From an uncultured Acidobacteriota bacterium (lineage in GTDB: Bacteria; Acidobacteriota; Polarisedimenticolia; J045): 61,447 nucleotides of DNA. The stretch is from NCBI GenBank assembly GCA_964582785.1, contig CAZOTT010000004.1:1-61447 (forward strand), written 5' to 3'. The position numbers were made by a program, and so were the translations under genes. Positions 49,787-58,578 of the stretch are shown one piece after another. A model generated the notes under the pieces. It saw only the letters and a list, made by a program, of their open reading frames with translations. It did not search any database and was not told the DNA's origin. Position 1 is the stretch's first letter, and every line of letters begins with the position of its first letter.

Positions 49787-51505
49787 ATGGCGATCCTTCG
49801 CTTCGGGGAGCGGCTGGTCCGCGCCGGGGTGATCACCCCGGAACAGCTCGAGACGCTCCTCGCCGAGCAGAAGGGGACCGACCTCTCGATCGGGCAGCTC
49901 GCCGTCCGGCTCGGGTTCGCCACCCCCGAGCAGATCGCCGAGGTGCTCGCCGAGATGACCGGGCTGCGCTACGAGTCCCTCGCCCGGCGCCGCCCGGACC
50001 CGGAGCTGGCCGGCCTGGTGGACGAGGAGTTCGCCCGGGAGCGCCAGCTCGTCCCGATCGCCCGGGAAGGCGGCCGCCTCACGATCGCCCTCGCCAATCC
50101 CCTCGACGTGGTCTCCATCGACGCCGTCCGGGAACGCACCTCCCTCGACGTGGAGGCGGTCGTCTCTTCCGACCGGGAGATCCGGGCCTTCCAGGACGAG
50201 CTCTACGGCCGGCCGGACGGGACCGACAGGTTCGAGGGGCTGGTCGAGGCGGCCCGCCGGGCCCTGCTCGACCGGGACGAGCGGGGCGGACGGGAGCTGG
50301 GACCGGTCCGGGAGCTGGTGGACGAAATCCTCCGGGAAGCGGTCCGGAGGCGGGCGACCGACGTCCACGTCGAGCCCGAGGAACGGGCGGTCCGGGTCCG
50401 GTACCGGGTCGACGGGATGCTCGTCCCCGCCGTCACCCTGCCCCCGGACCTCCGGGCCACGGTGACCGCCCGGCTGAAGATCCTCGCGAACCTGGACATC
50501 TCCGAGTCCCGCCTGCCCCAGGACGGGCGGATCCGCACCGAGCTCGAGGGCCGCACGATCGACCTGCGGGTCTCGACGATCCCCTGCGTTCACGGGGAGA
50601 ACGTCGTCCTGCGCCTCCTCGACAAGACGAACGTCGTCAAGGGACTCGACCGCCTGGGCATGTCGCCGGGGGACCTCGAACGGTTCCGTGCCCTGCTGGC
50701 CACCCAGGCGGGGATGATCCTCGTGACCGGCCCCACCGGTTCCGGCAAGACGACGACCCTCTACTCCACCATCGCCTCGCTGGACGCCGAGCGGTTCAAG
50801 ATCGCCACCCTCGAGGACCCGGTCGAGTACGAGCTGCCCCTGGTGCGCCAGTCCCAGGTCCACGAGAAGGCGGGATTCACCTTCGCCGCCGGCCTGCGGG
50901 CCCTGCTGCGCCAGGACCCGGACATCATCTTCGTCGGGGAGATGCGCGACGCGGAAACCGCCTCCATCGCGGTCCGGGCGGCTCTCACCGGCCACCTGGT
51001 GTTCAGCACCCTCCACACCACGTCCGCCCTCGCCACCCTGGCCCGCCTCGACCAGATGGGCATTCCCCAGGACCTCGTGATCACGTCGGTCCGCGGGATC
51101 CTCGCCCAGCGCCTGGTGCGGGTCGTCTGCCAGGCGTGCGCGGAGCCGGACGACCCCGACCCGCTGGTCCTGCGGCGCCTGGGCCTCGGGCCGGGCGACC
51201 TGGAGGGCGCGTCCCTGCGCCGGGGCGCCGGCTGCGCCCGCTGCCGCGGAACCGGTTTCCGGGGCCGGACCGGCCTCTACGAGCTGGTCGTGATGACCCC
51301 CGACCTGGCGGACGCCTTCGCGGCCGGCGCCCCCCCCGGTGAGCTGGCCCGCCTCGCGGCGGCGGCCGGCACCCGCTTCCTCCGGGACGACGGCCTCGCC
51401 AAGGCCGGGGCCGGGATCACGACCCTCGAGGAGGTTCTCCGCGCCACGGCCGACGCCCCGGTCCGGGCCGGGGCGCCGGCCGCCCGGGAGACGGCCCATG
51501 CCTGA
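49787..51505 (+). CDS. gspE: type II secretion / type IV pilus assembly ATPase (GspE/PilB family) with MshEN-like N-terminus
   Basis: 572 aa. Walker A GPTGSGKTTT, Asp box, Walker B/His box [12 protein letters not shown], and tetracysteine CQAC..CARC. Confidence 0.93.
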   Translation: MAILRFGERLVRAGVITPEQLETLLAEQKGTDLSIGQLAVRLGFATPEQIAEVLAEMTGLRYESLARRRPDPELAGLVDEEFARERQLVPIAREGGRLTIALANPLDVVSIDAVRERTSLDVEAVVSSDREIRAFQDELYGRPDGTDRFEGLVEAARRALLDRDERGGRELGPVRELVDEILREAVRRRATDVHVEPEERAVRVRYRVDGMLVPAVTLPPDLRATVTARLKILANLDISESRLPQDGRIRTELEGRTIDLRVSTIPCVHGENVVLRLLDKTNVVKGLDRLGMSPGDLERFRALLATQAGMILVTGPTGSGKTTTLYSTIASLDAERFKIATLEDPVEYELPLVRQSQVHEKAGFTFAAGLRALLRQDPDIIFVGEMRDAETASIAVRAALTGHLVFSTLHTTSALATLARLDQMGIPQDLVITSVRGILAQRLVRVVCQACAEPDDPDPLVLRRLGLGPGDLEGASLRRGAGCARCRGTGFRGRTGLYELVVMTPDLADAFAAGAPPGELARLAAAAGTRFLRDDGLAKAGAGITTLEEVLRATADAPVRAGAPAARETAHA

Positions 51506-52706
51506 GTTCGCCTGGCAGGCGCGGTCCCCCGCGGGGGACGTCGTCCGGGGGACCGGGGAGGCGCCCGACCCGGTGGCCCTCGCCCGGTCTCTCCGGGAAC
51601 GGGGCCTCGTCCTGACCCGGGCGCGGTCGACGCACCGGCGGGCCCGCCGGGGACCCTCCCGCCGCACCCGTCTTCGCCGCAAGGAACTGATCCTGCTGAC
51701 CCACCAGCTGGCGGATGCCCTGGGCGCGGGGATTCCGCTGGTCGAAACCCTCGCCGAGTTCGCGCGGACCTGGCCGCACCCCCGCGTCCGGGAAGTGCTC
51801 GACCGGGTGCGGGGAGAGGTCGAAGCGGGCGGCGGATTCGCGGCAGCCCTCGCCCGCTGGCCACGGGCGTTCCCCCCGGCCTGGGTGGAGGCGGTGCGGG
51901 CCGCGGAGGACTCGGGCCGGCTCGACCGGGTGTTCGCCGAGCTGGCCGAGGACCTGGAGTGGCAGGACGAGATGGCGTCCCGGGTGACGTCCGCCCTGCT
52001 CTACCCGGCGATCCTGCTGGTGGCGGTGGCCGGGGTGGCCACCCTCTTCGTGACCGTCCTCTTCCCCAAGCTCCGGCCCCTGTTCGAGGCGACGGGAATC
52101 GAGCTGCCCCTCGTCACCCGGATCCTCCTCGGGATCTCCGACCTGGCCGTCCGCTGGTGGACCCTGCTGCCCCTGGTCCCCGCGCTTCTCGTGCCGGGCA
52201 CGTCCCTCGCCCTGCGGACCGGGCCCGGGCGTCTCGCCTGGCACCGCCTCCTGCTGGCCCTGCCGGGGATCCGGCGGGTGACCCGCCACCTGCTGGCGGC
52301 CCGCTTCGCCCGCACCGCGGCGACCCTGCTCGACGCGGGGACCTCGATGCCCCGTGCCCTGCACGTGGGGGGAGCCGGCGTGGACAACATCCCGTTCACC
52401 CGGGCGATCGAGCGGGCCCGGGAAGACGTCGTCGCCGGCAGCAGCCTGGCCGACGCGCTGGAACGGACGTCGTTCTTCGGCCCCCTGGACGTCCGCATGG
52501 TCTCGGTGGGAGAGCGCTCGGGAACCCTGGTCCGGGCCCTCGGCAACCTGGCCCGCCTCCACGAGCGGCAGGCACGGCGGGCGATCCAGGCGGCCGTCAC
52601 CCTGCTCGAACCGATCCTGCTGGTGCTGATGGCGGCGATCGTCCTCGGCCTCGCCCTTTCCGTCTTCCTGCCGATCTACCAGTCGATCGACGCGATCGGG
52701 AGGTGA
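51498..52706 (+). CDS. gspF: GspF/PilC-family inner-membrane platform protein
   Basis: 402 aa. Two T2SSF repeats (LADALGAGIPLVETL..; LLDAGTSMPRAL..) and three TM segments. 8-nt overlap with gspE. Confidence 0.9.
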   Translation: MPEFAWQARSPAGDVVRGTGEAPDPVALARSLRERGLVLTRARSTHRRARRGPSRRTRLRRKELILLTHQLADALGAGIPLVETLAEFARTWPHPRVREVLDRVRGEVEAGGGFAAALARWPRAFPPAWVEAVRAAEDSGRLDRVFAELAEDLEWQDEMASRVTSALLYPAILLVAVAGVATLFVTVLFPKLRPLFEATGIELPLVTRILLGISDLAVRWWTLLPLVPALLVPGTSLALRTGPGRLAWHRLLLALPGIRRVTRHLLAARFARTAATLLDAGTSMPRALHVGGAGVDNIPFTRAIERAREDVVAGSSLADALERTSFFGPLDVRMVSVGERSGTLVRALGNLARLHERQARRAIQAAVTLLEPILLVLMAAIVLGLALSVFLPIYQSIDAIGR

Positions 52707-52711
52707 GACCG

Positions 52712-53272
52712 ATGGGAAGCGCGGGAGGAACCCGGGGATACACGCTCAGCGAGATCGTCGTCACGCTGGCGATCGTGACGATCCTCGCCGGCACCCTCGC
52801 TCCCCTCGTGACCCACCAGGTGGCGAAGGCCCGGCGCGCCCGGGCCCTGCGGGACATCGCGGCGATCGCCCAGGCGATCCAGGCGTTCCGGCAGGACGTC
52901 CGGTCGTTTCCCGACAGGAGCGGCGGATCGCCCGGCGTGCTCGGCTACCTGCTGACCGCCGGCGCGGCACCCGGGGGGCTCGGATCGTGGCAGGGCCCGG
53001 CGGGCCGGACCGCCCGGCACCTGGTGGACAACGATCCTCCCGGCGCGGACTACCCCGAGAGCGGCTCGACCGCCTGGCGGGGCCCCTACCTGCCGAACGA
53101 CCCGGTGGACCCCTGGGGTCACGCCTACGTGGTCTCGGTCGCGGGGATGCGGGGGGACGCGGGGGTCCGCGGATGGATCCTTTCCGCGGGGCCCGACGGA
53201 GTCCTGCAGACGGACGACGGGGACGACGCGATCCCGGCCGGGAGCGACGACGTCGGCTGGAGGCTGCGGTGA
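52712..53272 (+). CDS. GspG-like pseudopilin
   Basis: 186 aa. Prepilin signal GTRG/YTLSEIVVTLAIVTILAG. W.GPYL and DPWGHAYVV..SAGPDG motifs. Confidence 0.8.
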   Translation: MGSAGGTRGYTLSEIVVTLAIVTILAGTLAPLVTHQVAKARRARALRDIAAIAQAIQAFRQDVRSFPDRSGGSPGVLGYLLTAGAAPGGLGSWQGPAGRTARHLVDNDPPGADYPESGSTAWRGPYLPNDPVDPWGHAYVVSVAGMRGDAGVRGWILSAGPDGVLQTDDGDDAIPAGSDDVGWRLR

Positions 53273-54171
53273 CCGGCCGGGAGCGGGGTGCGAGTCTCCT
53301 CGAGACGATGGCCTCCGTGGCGATCCTGGTGGTGCTCGCGACGGCGGCCGTTCCGGGCGTCCTCCGGCTGCTCGAGCAGCGCGAGGAGGAGGCGTGCCGG
53401 GCCCGCCTGGACGCCATCGCGGACGGCCTGCGGTCCTTCTGGCGGGATCACGGGAGGTTCCCCACGGCGACGGAAGGGCTCGGCGCCCTCCTCGCGGACC
53501 CGGGAACCGGCCGCTGGCGCGGGCCCTACCTGCGGGCGCCCGCGCCGGGCCTCGACCCCCTGGCCGATCCCCGTGGCCATCGTTTCTCCTACTCGCCGTC
53601 GGGGGACGGCGCCCGGGTGGTCCCTCCCGGGTTCCCCGCCCTCGCCCGGACCGTGCTCCCCGGGGGCGCGGCGTCCGGGCTCGTGGCGCGCGCCGGGGCG
53701 GAACTCGCGCTCGTCGCCGCCGCCGCCGAGCGGTGGCGAGAGACCCGGGGCAGCTGGCCGGGAAGGATCGACGACCTGGCGTCCCTCCTCGGCGCCGACC
53801 TCCTGCGGGATCCCTGGGGACGTCCCTACCGGCTCGACACGTCCCACCTGGTTCCCTGGTCGGTGGGGCCGGACGGCCGCCCGGGGACGGCCGACGACGT
53901 CTACCCGGTCGGGTGGGATCCGGACGCGGTTCCCGCCGCCGAGCCCCCCCCGGACGGGGGAACGGAGGGCGGCGGCGTCACGCCGGCGGACGAGCTGGAC
54001 GCCGCGATCGCCGCCGAACTGTCCGCCTGGCGCCGGGAACTCCGCGCGTACCTCTCCTCCCTGGCGGACCCGGGAACCACCTGGGAGGAGCGCTACGACC
54101 ACCTGGGGCGCGCCGTCTACCACGCCCTGCGCTGGCAGGGCCTGCGGCGTCGCCGGGCGATGGAGGGTTGA
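53269..54171 (+). CDS. pseudopilin paralog A (extended GspG-like)
   Basis: 300 aa. RERG/ASLLETMASVAILVVLA (Glu+5). RDHGRFPT..EGL.ALLADPGTGRWRGPYL and DPWGRPYRL..GPDGRPGTADDV. GTGA overlap upstream. Confidence 0.7.
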   Translation: MTGRERGASLLETMASVAILVVLATAAVPGVLRLLEQREEEACRARLDAIADGLRSFWRDHGRFPTATEGLGALLADPGTGRWRGPYLRAPAPGLDPLADPRGHRFSYSPSGDGARVVPPGFPALARTVLPGGAASGLVARAGAELALVAAAAERWRETRGSWPGRIDDLASLLGADLLRDPWGRPYRLDTSHLVPWSVGPDGRPGTADDVYPVGWDPDAVPAAEPPPDGGTEGGGVTPADELDAAIAAELSAWRRELRAYLSSLADPGTTWEERYDHLGRAVYHALRWQGLRRRRAMEG

Positions 54172-54174
54172 CCG

Positions 54175-55062
54175 GTGGCCGCCCGGGACCAGCGGGGACT
54201 CTCCCTGCTCGAGGCGATGGTCTTCGTCGCCGCGGCGGCAATGCTGGCCGCGGCGGCGATGCCCCTCGCCCTGCGGGTGCTGGAGCTGCGCGAGGAACGC
54301 GCCCTGGACCGGAGGATGGAGGTCCTGGCGCAGGGGCTCCTGGCGTTCTACCGGGACCACGGGCGGCTGCCGACGGAGGACGAGGGACTGGCGGCGCTCC
54401 TCGCGGACCCGGGAACCGGCCGCTGGCGCGGTCCCTACCTGCCGCTGGCCGACCGGGACCTGGTCCTGCGGGGCCCCCGGGGATCGGCGATCACTTGGCA
54501 TCGCGCCGGCCGGGCCGGCGTGCTGGGGAGCGCGGCGTTTCCGGGCGTGACCCGGACCGTGAACCCGGCGCCGGTGGACCTTGCCTTCCGCCGCATCGCG
54601 ATCCGGGAGCTGCGGGCGCTGAAGAGGGCGGCCCTCGCCTACCGGGCCGAGAACGGCGGCCTGCCGGGTTCCGTGGCGGACCTGGTTCCCGCGCGCCTGG
54701 GCGGAGATTTCGCCCTCGACCCCTGGGGCCGGCCCTACGCCATCGACCCGGACGCGGGGGAGATCCGCTCGGCGGGGCCGGACGGGTCAGCGGGAACCGC
54801 CGACGACGTGGTCCTCCCCCTCGGGGTGACGGGGGCGGCGACGGGCTTGTCCGGCATCCCGGCTCCGCCCGCCTTCACGCCGACGAGCCCGGGGGACAGG
54901 GCCCGGGCCGAGGAGGAGCAACGGGCCCTGTTCCGGCGGTACCGGCGGGAAGCGGCGGCCGCCCGGGACGGAACACCGGCGGGCGCCGAGCGGTCCGCCA
55001 CGCTGCGCGGTCTCGCGCTCTACCACCTGTACCGCGCGATCGGGATCCGGAGGGACCGATGA
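54175..55062 (+). CDS. pseudopilin paralog B
   Basis: 295 aa. DQRG/LSLLEAMVFVAAAAML. Same internal motif set as paralog A. Confidence 0.7.
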   Translation: MAARDQRGLSLLEAMVFVAAAAMLAAAAMPLALRVLELREERALDRRMEVLAQGLLAFYRDHGRLPTEDEGLAALLADPGTGRWRGPYLPLADRDLVLRGPRGSAITWHRAGRAGVLGSAAFPGVTRTVNPAPVDLAFRRIAIRELRALKRAALAYRAENGGLPGSVADLVPARLGGDFALDPWGRPYAIDPDAGEIRSAGPDGSAGTADDVVLPLGVTGAATGLSGIPAPPAFTPTSPGDRARAEEEQRALFRRYRREAAAARDGTPAGAERSATLRGLALYHLYRAIGIRRDR

Positions 55063-55721
55063 AACGGGGAAGCCGCCGCCGGGACGGTTTCACCCTGGCG
55101 GAGGCGGTCGCCTCCCTGGCGATCGCCGCGATCCTCGCCGCGGCGGCGGTGCCGGCGGTGCTGCGGCTGATCGAGATCTCCGAGGAACGGACGACCCGGG
55201 CGCGTCTCGAGCGGGTCGAGGAGGGCCTGCTCGCCTTCTACCGGGACCACGGCCGGTTCCCGACCGACGACGAGGGACTCGAGGCGCTGCTCGTCGACCC
55301 GGGAACCGGCTCCTGGCACGGGCCGTACCTGCCCCCGGGAGGAACGGGGGAAAACCCGCTGGAGGATGGCCGGGGCCATCCCCTCGTCTACGCGGGGGGC
55401 CGGACGAGCTGCCGGGTCGTCCCCCCCGGGTTCCCCGACCTGGCCGTCGACGGCAGCGCCGCGCCGGTGGTCCTCGAGTGGGTGGCCCGGGCCCGGGAGG
55501 AGATCGCCCGGTTGAACGATGCGGCCGAGGACTGGCGGGACGTGCACGGCAGCTATCCCGCGTCCGTGGACGACCTGGTCCCCGGCATCCTCGGGGCGGA
55601 CTACGGAACCGACCCGTGGGGCCACCCGTACCGGGTCGATGCCGGGCGGGAAACGTTCTATTCCGCGGGACCGGACGGGACACCGGGGACGGCCGACGAC
55701 GTTCATGCCCCGGGCCTCTGA
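55059..55721 (+). CDS. pseudopilin paralog C
   Basis: 220 aa. RRDG/FTLAEAVASLAIAAILA. Same motif set. ATGA overlap upstream. Confidence 0.75.
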   Translation: MKRGSRRRDGFTLAEAVASLAIAAILAAAAVPAVLRLIEISEERTTRARLERVEEGLLAFYRDHGRFPTDDEGLEALLVDPGTGSWHGPYLPPGGTGENPLEDGRGHPLVYAGGRTSCRVVPPGFPDLAVDGSAAPVVLEWVARAREEIARLNDAAEDWRDVHGSYPASVDDLVPGILGADYGTDPWGHPYRVDAGRETFYSAGPDGTPGTADDVHAPGL

Positions 55722-55748
55722 GCCGATAAGGGAAGAGGAGGGAAAAGG

Positions 55749-57233
55749 GTGTCCCGGAAACGAGCCAGCATCGGGATCGAGATCGGGCCCGAGGCGGTCC
55801 GGGCCGTGGCGCTGGTCGGAAGGAAGCCTCCATTCCGGCTCGCCGGCGCGGAGGACCTGGCGATCGGGGGCCTCGACGAGGTCCCGGCCGCCCTGGCCGA
55901 GGTGCTCGGCAGGCTGGGGGCCAAGGGACCCGCCCGGCTGGTCCTCCTCGGCCTGCACGGCAACCACCTCCGGCTGCGGTTCCCCCCGATGCGCCGGGGC
56001 GAGCTCGCGGAGGCGCTGGACCTGCACCTGGCGCAGGTCCTCGAGGAACCGCCCGCGGGCCGGCTGATCGGCCGGCGGGTGCGCCGCGAGGACGACGGCG
56101 CCCTGGTGATCGACGTGCTGGCGCTGCCCCGGGACCCGGTGGAGACCTGGTGTGCCCAGCTCGCCGCCTCGGGCTTCCCCGTGACCGGCCTCAGAACCCC
56201 CGCGGCCGCCGCGCTGGCGGACGATCCCCGCGCCCCCGGGGAGCGGCGGGGCGGTCTCCTGTGGGTGGACGCGGGCGGAACGAGAACCGTCCTCACGTTT
56301 CTCAAGGGGGACGAGATCGTCCTGGTGCGGGAGATCCCCCGGAAGGAACCGGAGGAGGACGGCCAGCTGGCCCGGATCGAACGGCGCCTGGCCGACTTCC
56401 AGGAGATCGAGCGGTCGATCCTCTACTACCGCCAGCACCACGACCGCGGGGGGGTGAGGACGCTGGTCCTCTGCGGTGATCTCGAGGAGGTGCAGCCCCT
56501 CCACGACCAGATCGCTCCGCCCCTGCGGGAACTGGAGGTCGAGATCCGGCTGGTGGACGCCTGGGCACCGGTCGGTGCCGGGCGGGATGCCCTGTCGCCG
56601 GGGGCCGGGCCGCGGCTCGCCCTCGCCGCCCGCACGGCGGCCTGGGACGGCGGGTCCGGCCTCGGCATCGTGCCCCCCGCCACCGTGGCGTCCCGGCGCC
56701 GGACCCTGCGCCACCGGGCCCTGGCGGGGGCGGCCGCCGCCGCAGTGGCCCTGGCCGGGGGGCTCGCCTGGTGGGAAGCGTCCGCGACGGCCCACCTCCG
56801 GGAACGGCTCGCCCTCGAGCGGGCCCGGCTGGCCTCCCTGCCCGCGCCCCCTACCGGTTCCGACAGGCCCGTGGTGCAGGTCCACCCTCCCCGGGCTGCC
56901 GACTGGTCCGGGCTCCTGTCGGAGATCGGGGTCCTCGCCCGGCCCGGGATCGACTACGAGGAGCTCGAGCTCGTGATCACCGCGGACGGCCCGGTCGTCG
57001 GCCTCGTCGGAACCGCCGGCGGGAAGGACACGCGGGCGACGGGCCTGCTCCTGGCCGGCCTGCACGAGGGGGTCCTGGCCAGCGCATACTCCCGCGGCAT
57101 CCCCCGCATGGCCGCGGAGACCGACCCCGGGGCCCGCCGCGGGGAACGGGTCCGCTACGCCCTCGAGGGAGCCGTGGACGATCGGCCCGCCCGGCAGGCA
57201 GAAGCGGCGGGCCGGGAGCGGGGGCGCCGATGA
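55749..57233 (+). CDS. PilM-like (actin-fold) assembly protein fused to a PilN-like TM/periplasmic segment (GspL-analogous)
   Basis: 494 aa. N-terminal IGIEIGPEAVRAVAL.. and LWVDAGGTRTVLTF (PilM/FtsA-like phosphate motifs). TM helix ALAGAAAAAVALAGGLAWW, then a coiled segment. Confidence 0.65.
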   Translation: MSRKRASIGIEIGPEAVRAVALVGRKPPFRLAGAEDLAIGGLDEVPAALAEVLGRLGAKGPARLVLLGLHGNHLRLRFPPMRRGELAEALDLHLAQVLEEPPAGRLIGRRVRREDDGALVIDVLALPRDPVETWCAQLAASGFPVTGLRTPAAAALADDPRAPGERRGGLLWVDAGGTRTVLTFLKGDEIVLVREIPRKEPEEDGQLARIERRLADFQEIERSILYYRQHHDRGGVRTLVLCGDLEEVQPLHDQIAPPLRELEVEIRLVDAWAPVGAGRDALSPGAGPRLALAARTAAWDGGSGLGIVPPATVASRRRTLRHRALAGAAAAAVALAGGLAWWEASATAHLRERLALERARLASLPAPPTGSDRPVVQVHPPRAADWSGLLSEIGVLARPGIDYEELELVITADGPVVGLVGTAGGKDTRATGLLLAGLHEGVLASAYSRGIPRMAAETDPGARRGERVRYALEGAVDDRPARQAEAAGRERGRR

Positions 57234-57958
57234 GTCCCCCGCGCTTCCTGGCCGCCTGGCTGGCCCTCGCCGCCACCGGGACCCTCGCCCTCGGCATCGT
57301 GGCCGCCCGGGAGGCGGCCGAACGGGCACGGCTGGAGCGGGATCTCGCCGGGACGAGGGAGGAGATCCGCGTGCGCCTCGGCCAGGCGGAGCGCCACCGG
57401 GACCGGGTGGTGGTCCGCGCGCCGTTCGCCACCTGGGCCCACCTGGTCGCCGGCCTCCACGAGGCGGCGGCGACGAGCCGGCTGGACCGGTTCCGGTACG
57501 TCACCCTCGGGGTGGTGCCGGTCACCGACCCCGGTGCGCCCCTCCCTACCGCGGACAAGGGGGATCACGGGGAGACCTCCCGGGACGGGGACACCGGCGG
57601 CGAGAAGGAGGGGGCCCGGGGAGAGCGCCGGGACCGGGCCCCGGCCACCGCCCCCTACCGGGCCATGCGGGCCCGGGTCGAGGGAGGCGGCACCTACGGG
57701 CAGATCGTCTCGTTCGTGCGCGCCCTCGCGGCGGTGGACCCGCCCCTGCAGCTCGACCGGATCGTGCTCCGCGCCGGCCCGGAGGGCCCCACCTTCGAGG
57801 CCACCGTCCACCTGGTAACGGCCCTCCCGGTGGAATCTCCCCGGGTCGTCACCCTCGACCGGCTGCCTGCGGCGGAACCCCCGGGCGACCTCGGGGCGGC
57901 CCTGGCCGGCCTCGTTCCCGCCGGCGCGGCGCCGGCCCCCGCGGAGGTGGCGAGATGA
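57230..57958 (+). CDS. PilO/GspM-like bitopic assembly protein (tentative)
   Basis: 242 aa. N-terminal TM FLAAWLALAATGTLALGIVAA, a coiled coil and a C-terminal ferredoxin-like segment (YGQIVSFVRALAAVDPPLQLDRIVL). ATGA coupling on both sides. Confidence 0.5.
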   Translation: MSPPRFLAAWLALAATGTLALGIVAAREAAERARLERDLAGTREEIRVRLGQAERHRDRVVVRAPFATWAHLVAGLHEAAATSRLDRFRYVTLGVVPVTDPGAPLPTADKGDHGETSRDGDTGGEKEGARGERRDRAPATAPYRAMRARVEGGGTYGQIVSFVRALAAVDPPLQLDRIVLRAGPEGPTFEATVHLVTALPVESPRVVTLDRLPAAEPPGDLGAALAGLVPAGAAPAPAEVAR

Positions 57959-58578
57959 GCCGCGGCAAGGTGTTCACCCTGGTCGGGCTCGCGGTCGCGG
58001 TGCTCGTGTTCGACGCGTGGTTCTTCCTCGGCAACGGGGAGGCTGCCGCCCCGATCGAGGCCGGGACGGAGCCGGGCTCCCCGCGCGGCGGGGAGTTCCA
58101 CCTCGCGGACCTTCTTCCCGGGGCGGAGCCCGCCCCCACCCCCCGGCCGGCGGCGGTGCCCTGGCACGATCCGGCCACGTGGCCCCTGCCGGAACGGCGT
58201 CCGCCCCGGAGGGGACACCCCCGGCCCGGGCTGATGGTCCGGCCCCCGGCACCGGCGGGGGAGGACGGCGCGCGGGCATCCCTTCCGCGGCGGGTTCCCG
58301 TGATTCTCTGGCGGCCCGGGGGAGCCCTCGCCCTGGTCGGGAACCGCCTGGTCCGGGAAGGGGACCGGGTGGGGCCCTGGCTGGTGCGGGAGATCCGCCC
58401 CGATCGCGTCCGCCTCGTCCGGGCGGACGGAGGCGGAAAGCCCCTCGTCCTCCCCCTCGGCGGGCCCCCGCGCCCGCAACCCGCCGCCGCCTCCCGGGCC
58501 GGGGCGGCGGCGCCGGCCCCGGCGCCCTCCCCCGACCCCGCACCACCGGCGGCGCCGGCCCCGGAGGAGGTTCCCTGA
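57955..58578 (+). CDS. GspB/PilP-like small assembly protein (tentative)
   Basis: 207 aa. TM VFTLVGLAVAVLVFDAWFFL, a Pro-rich linker and a C-terminal block ALVGNRLVREGDRVGPWLVREIRPDRVRLV. Confidence 0.45.
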   Translation: MSRGKVFTLVGLAVAVLVFDAWFFLGNGEAAAPIEAGTEPGSPRGGEFHLADLLPGAEPAPTPRPAAVPWHDPATWPLPERRPPRRGHPRPGLMVRPPAPAGEDGARASLPRRVPVILWRPGGALALVGNRLVREGDRVGPWLVREIRPDRVRLVRADGGGKPLVLPLGGPPRPQPAAASRAGAAAPAPAPSPDPAPPAAPAPEEVP

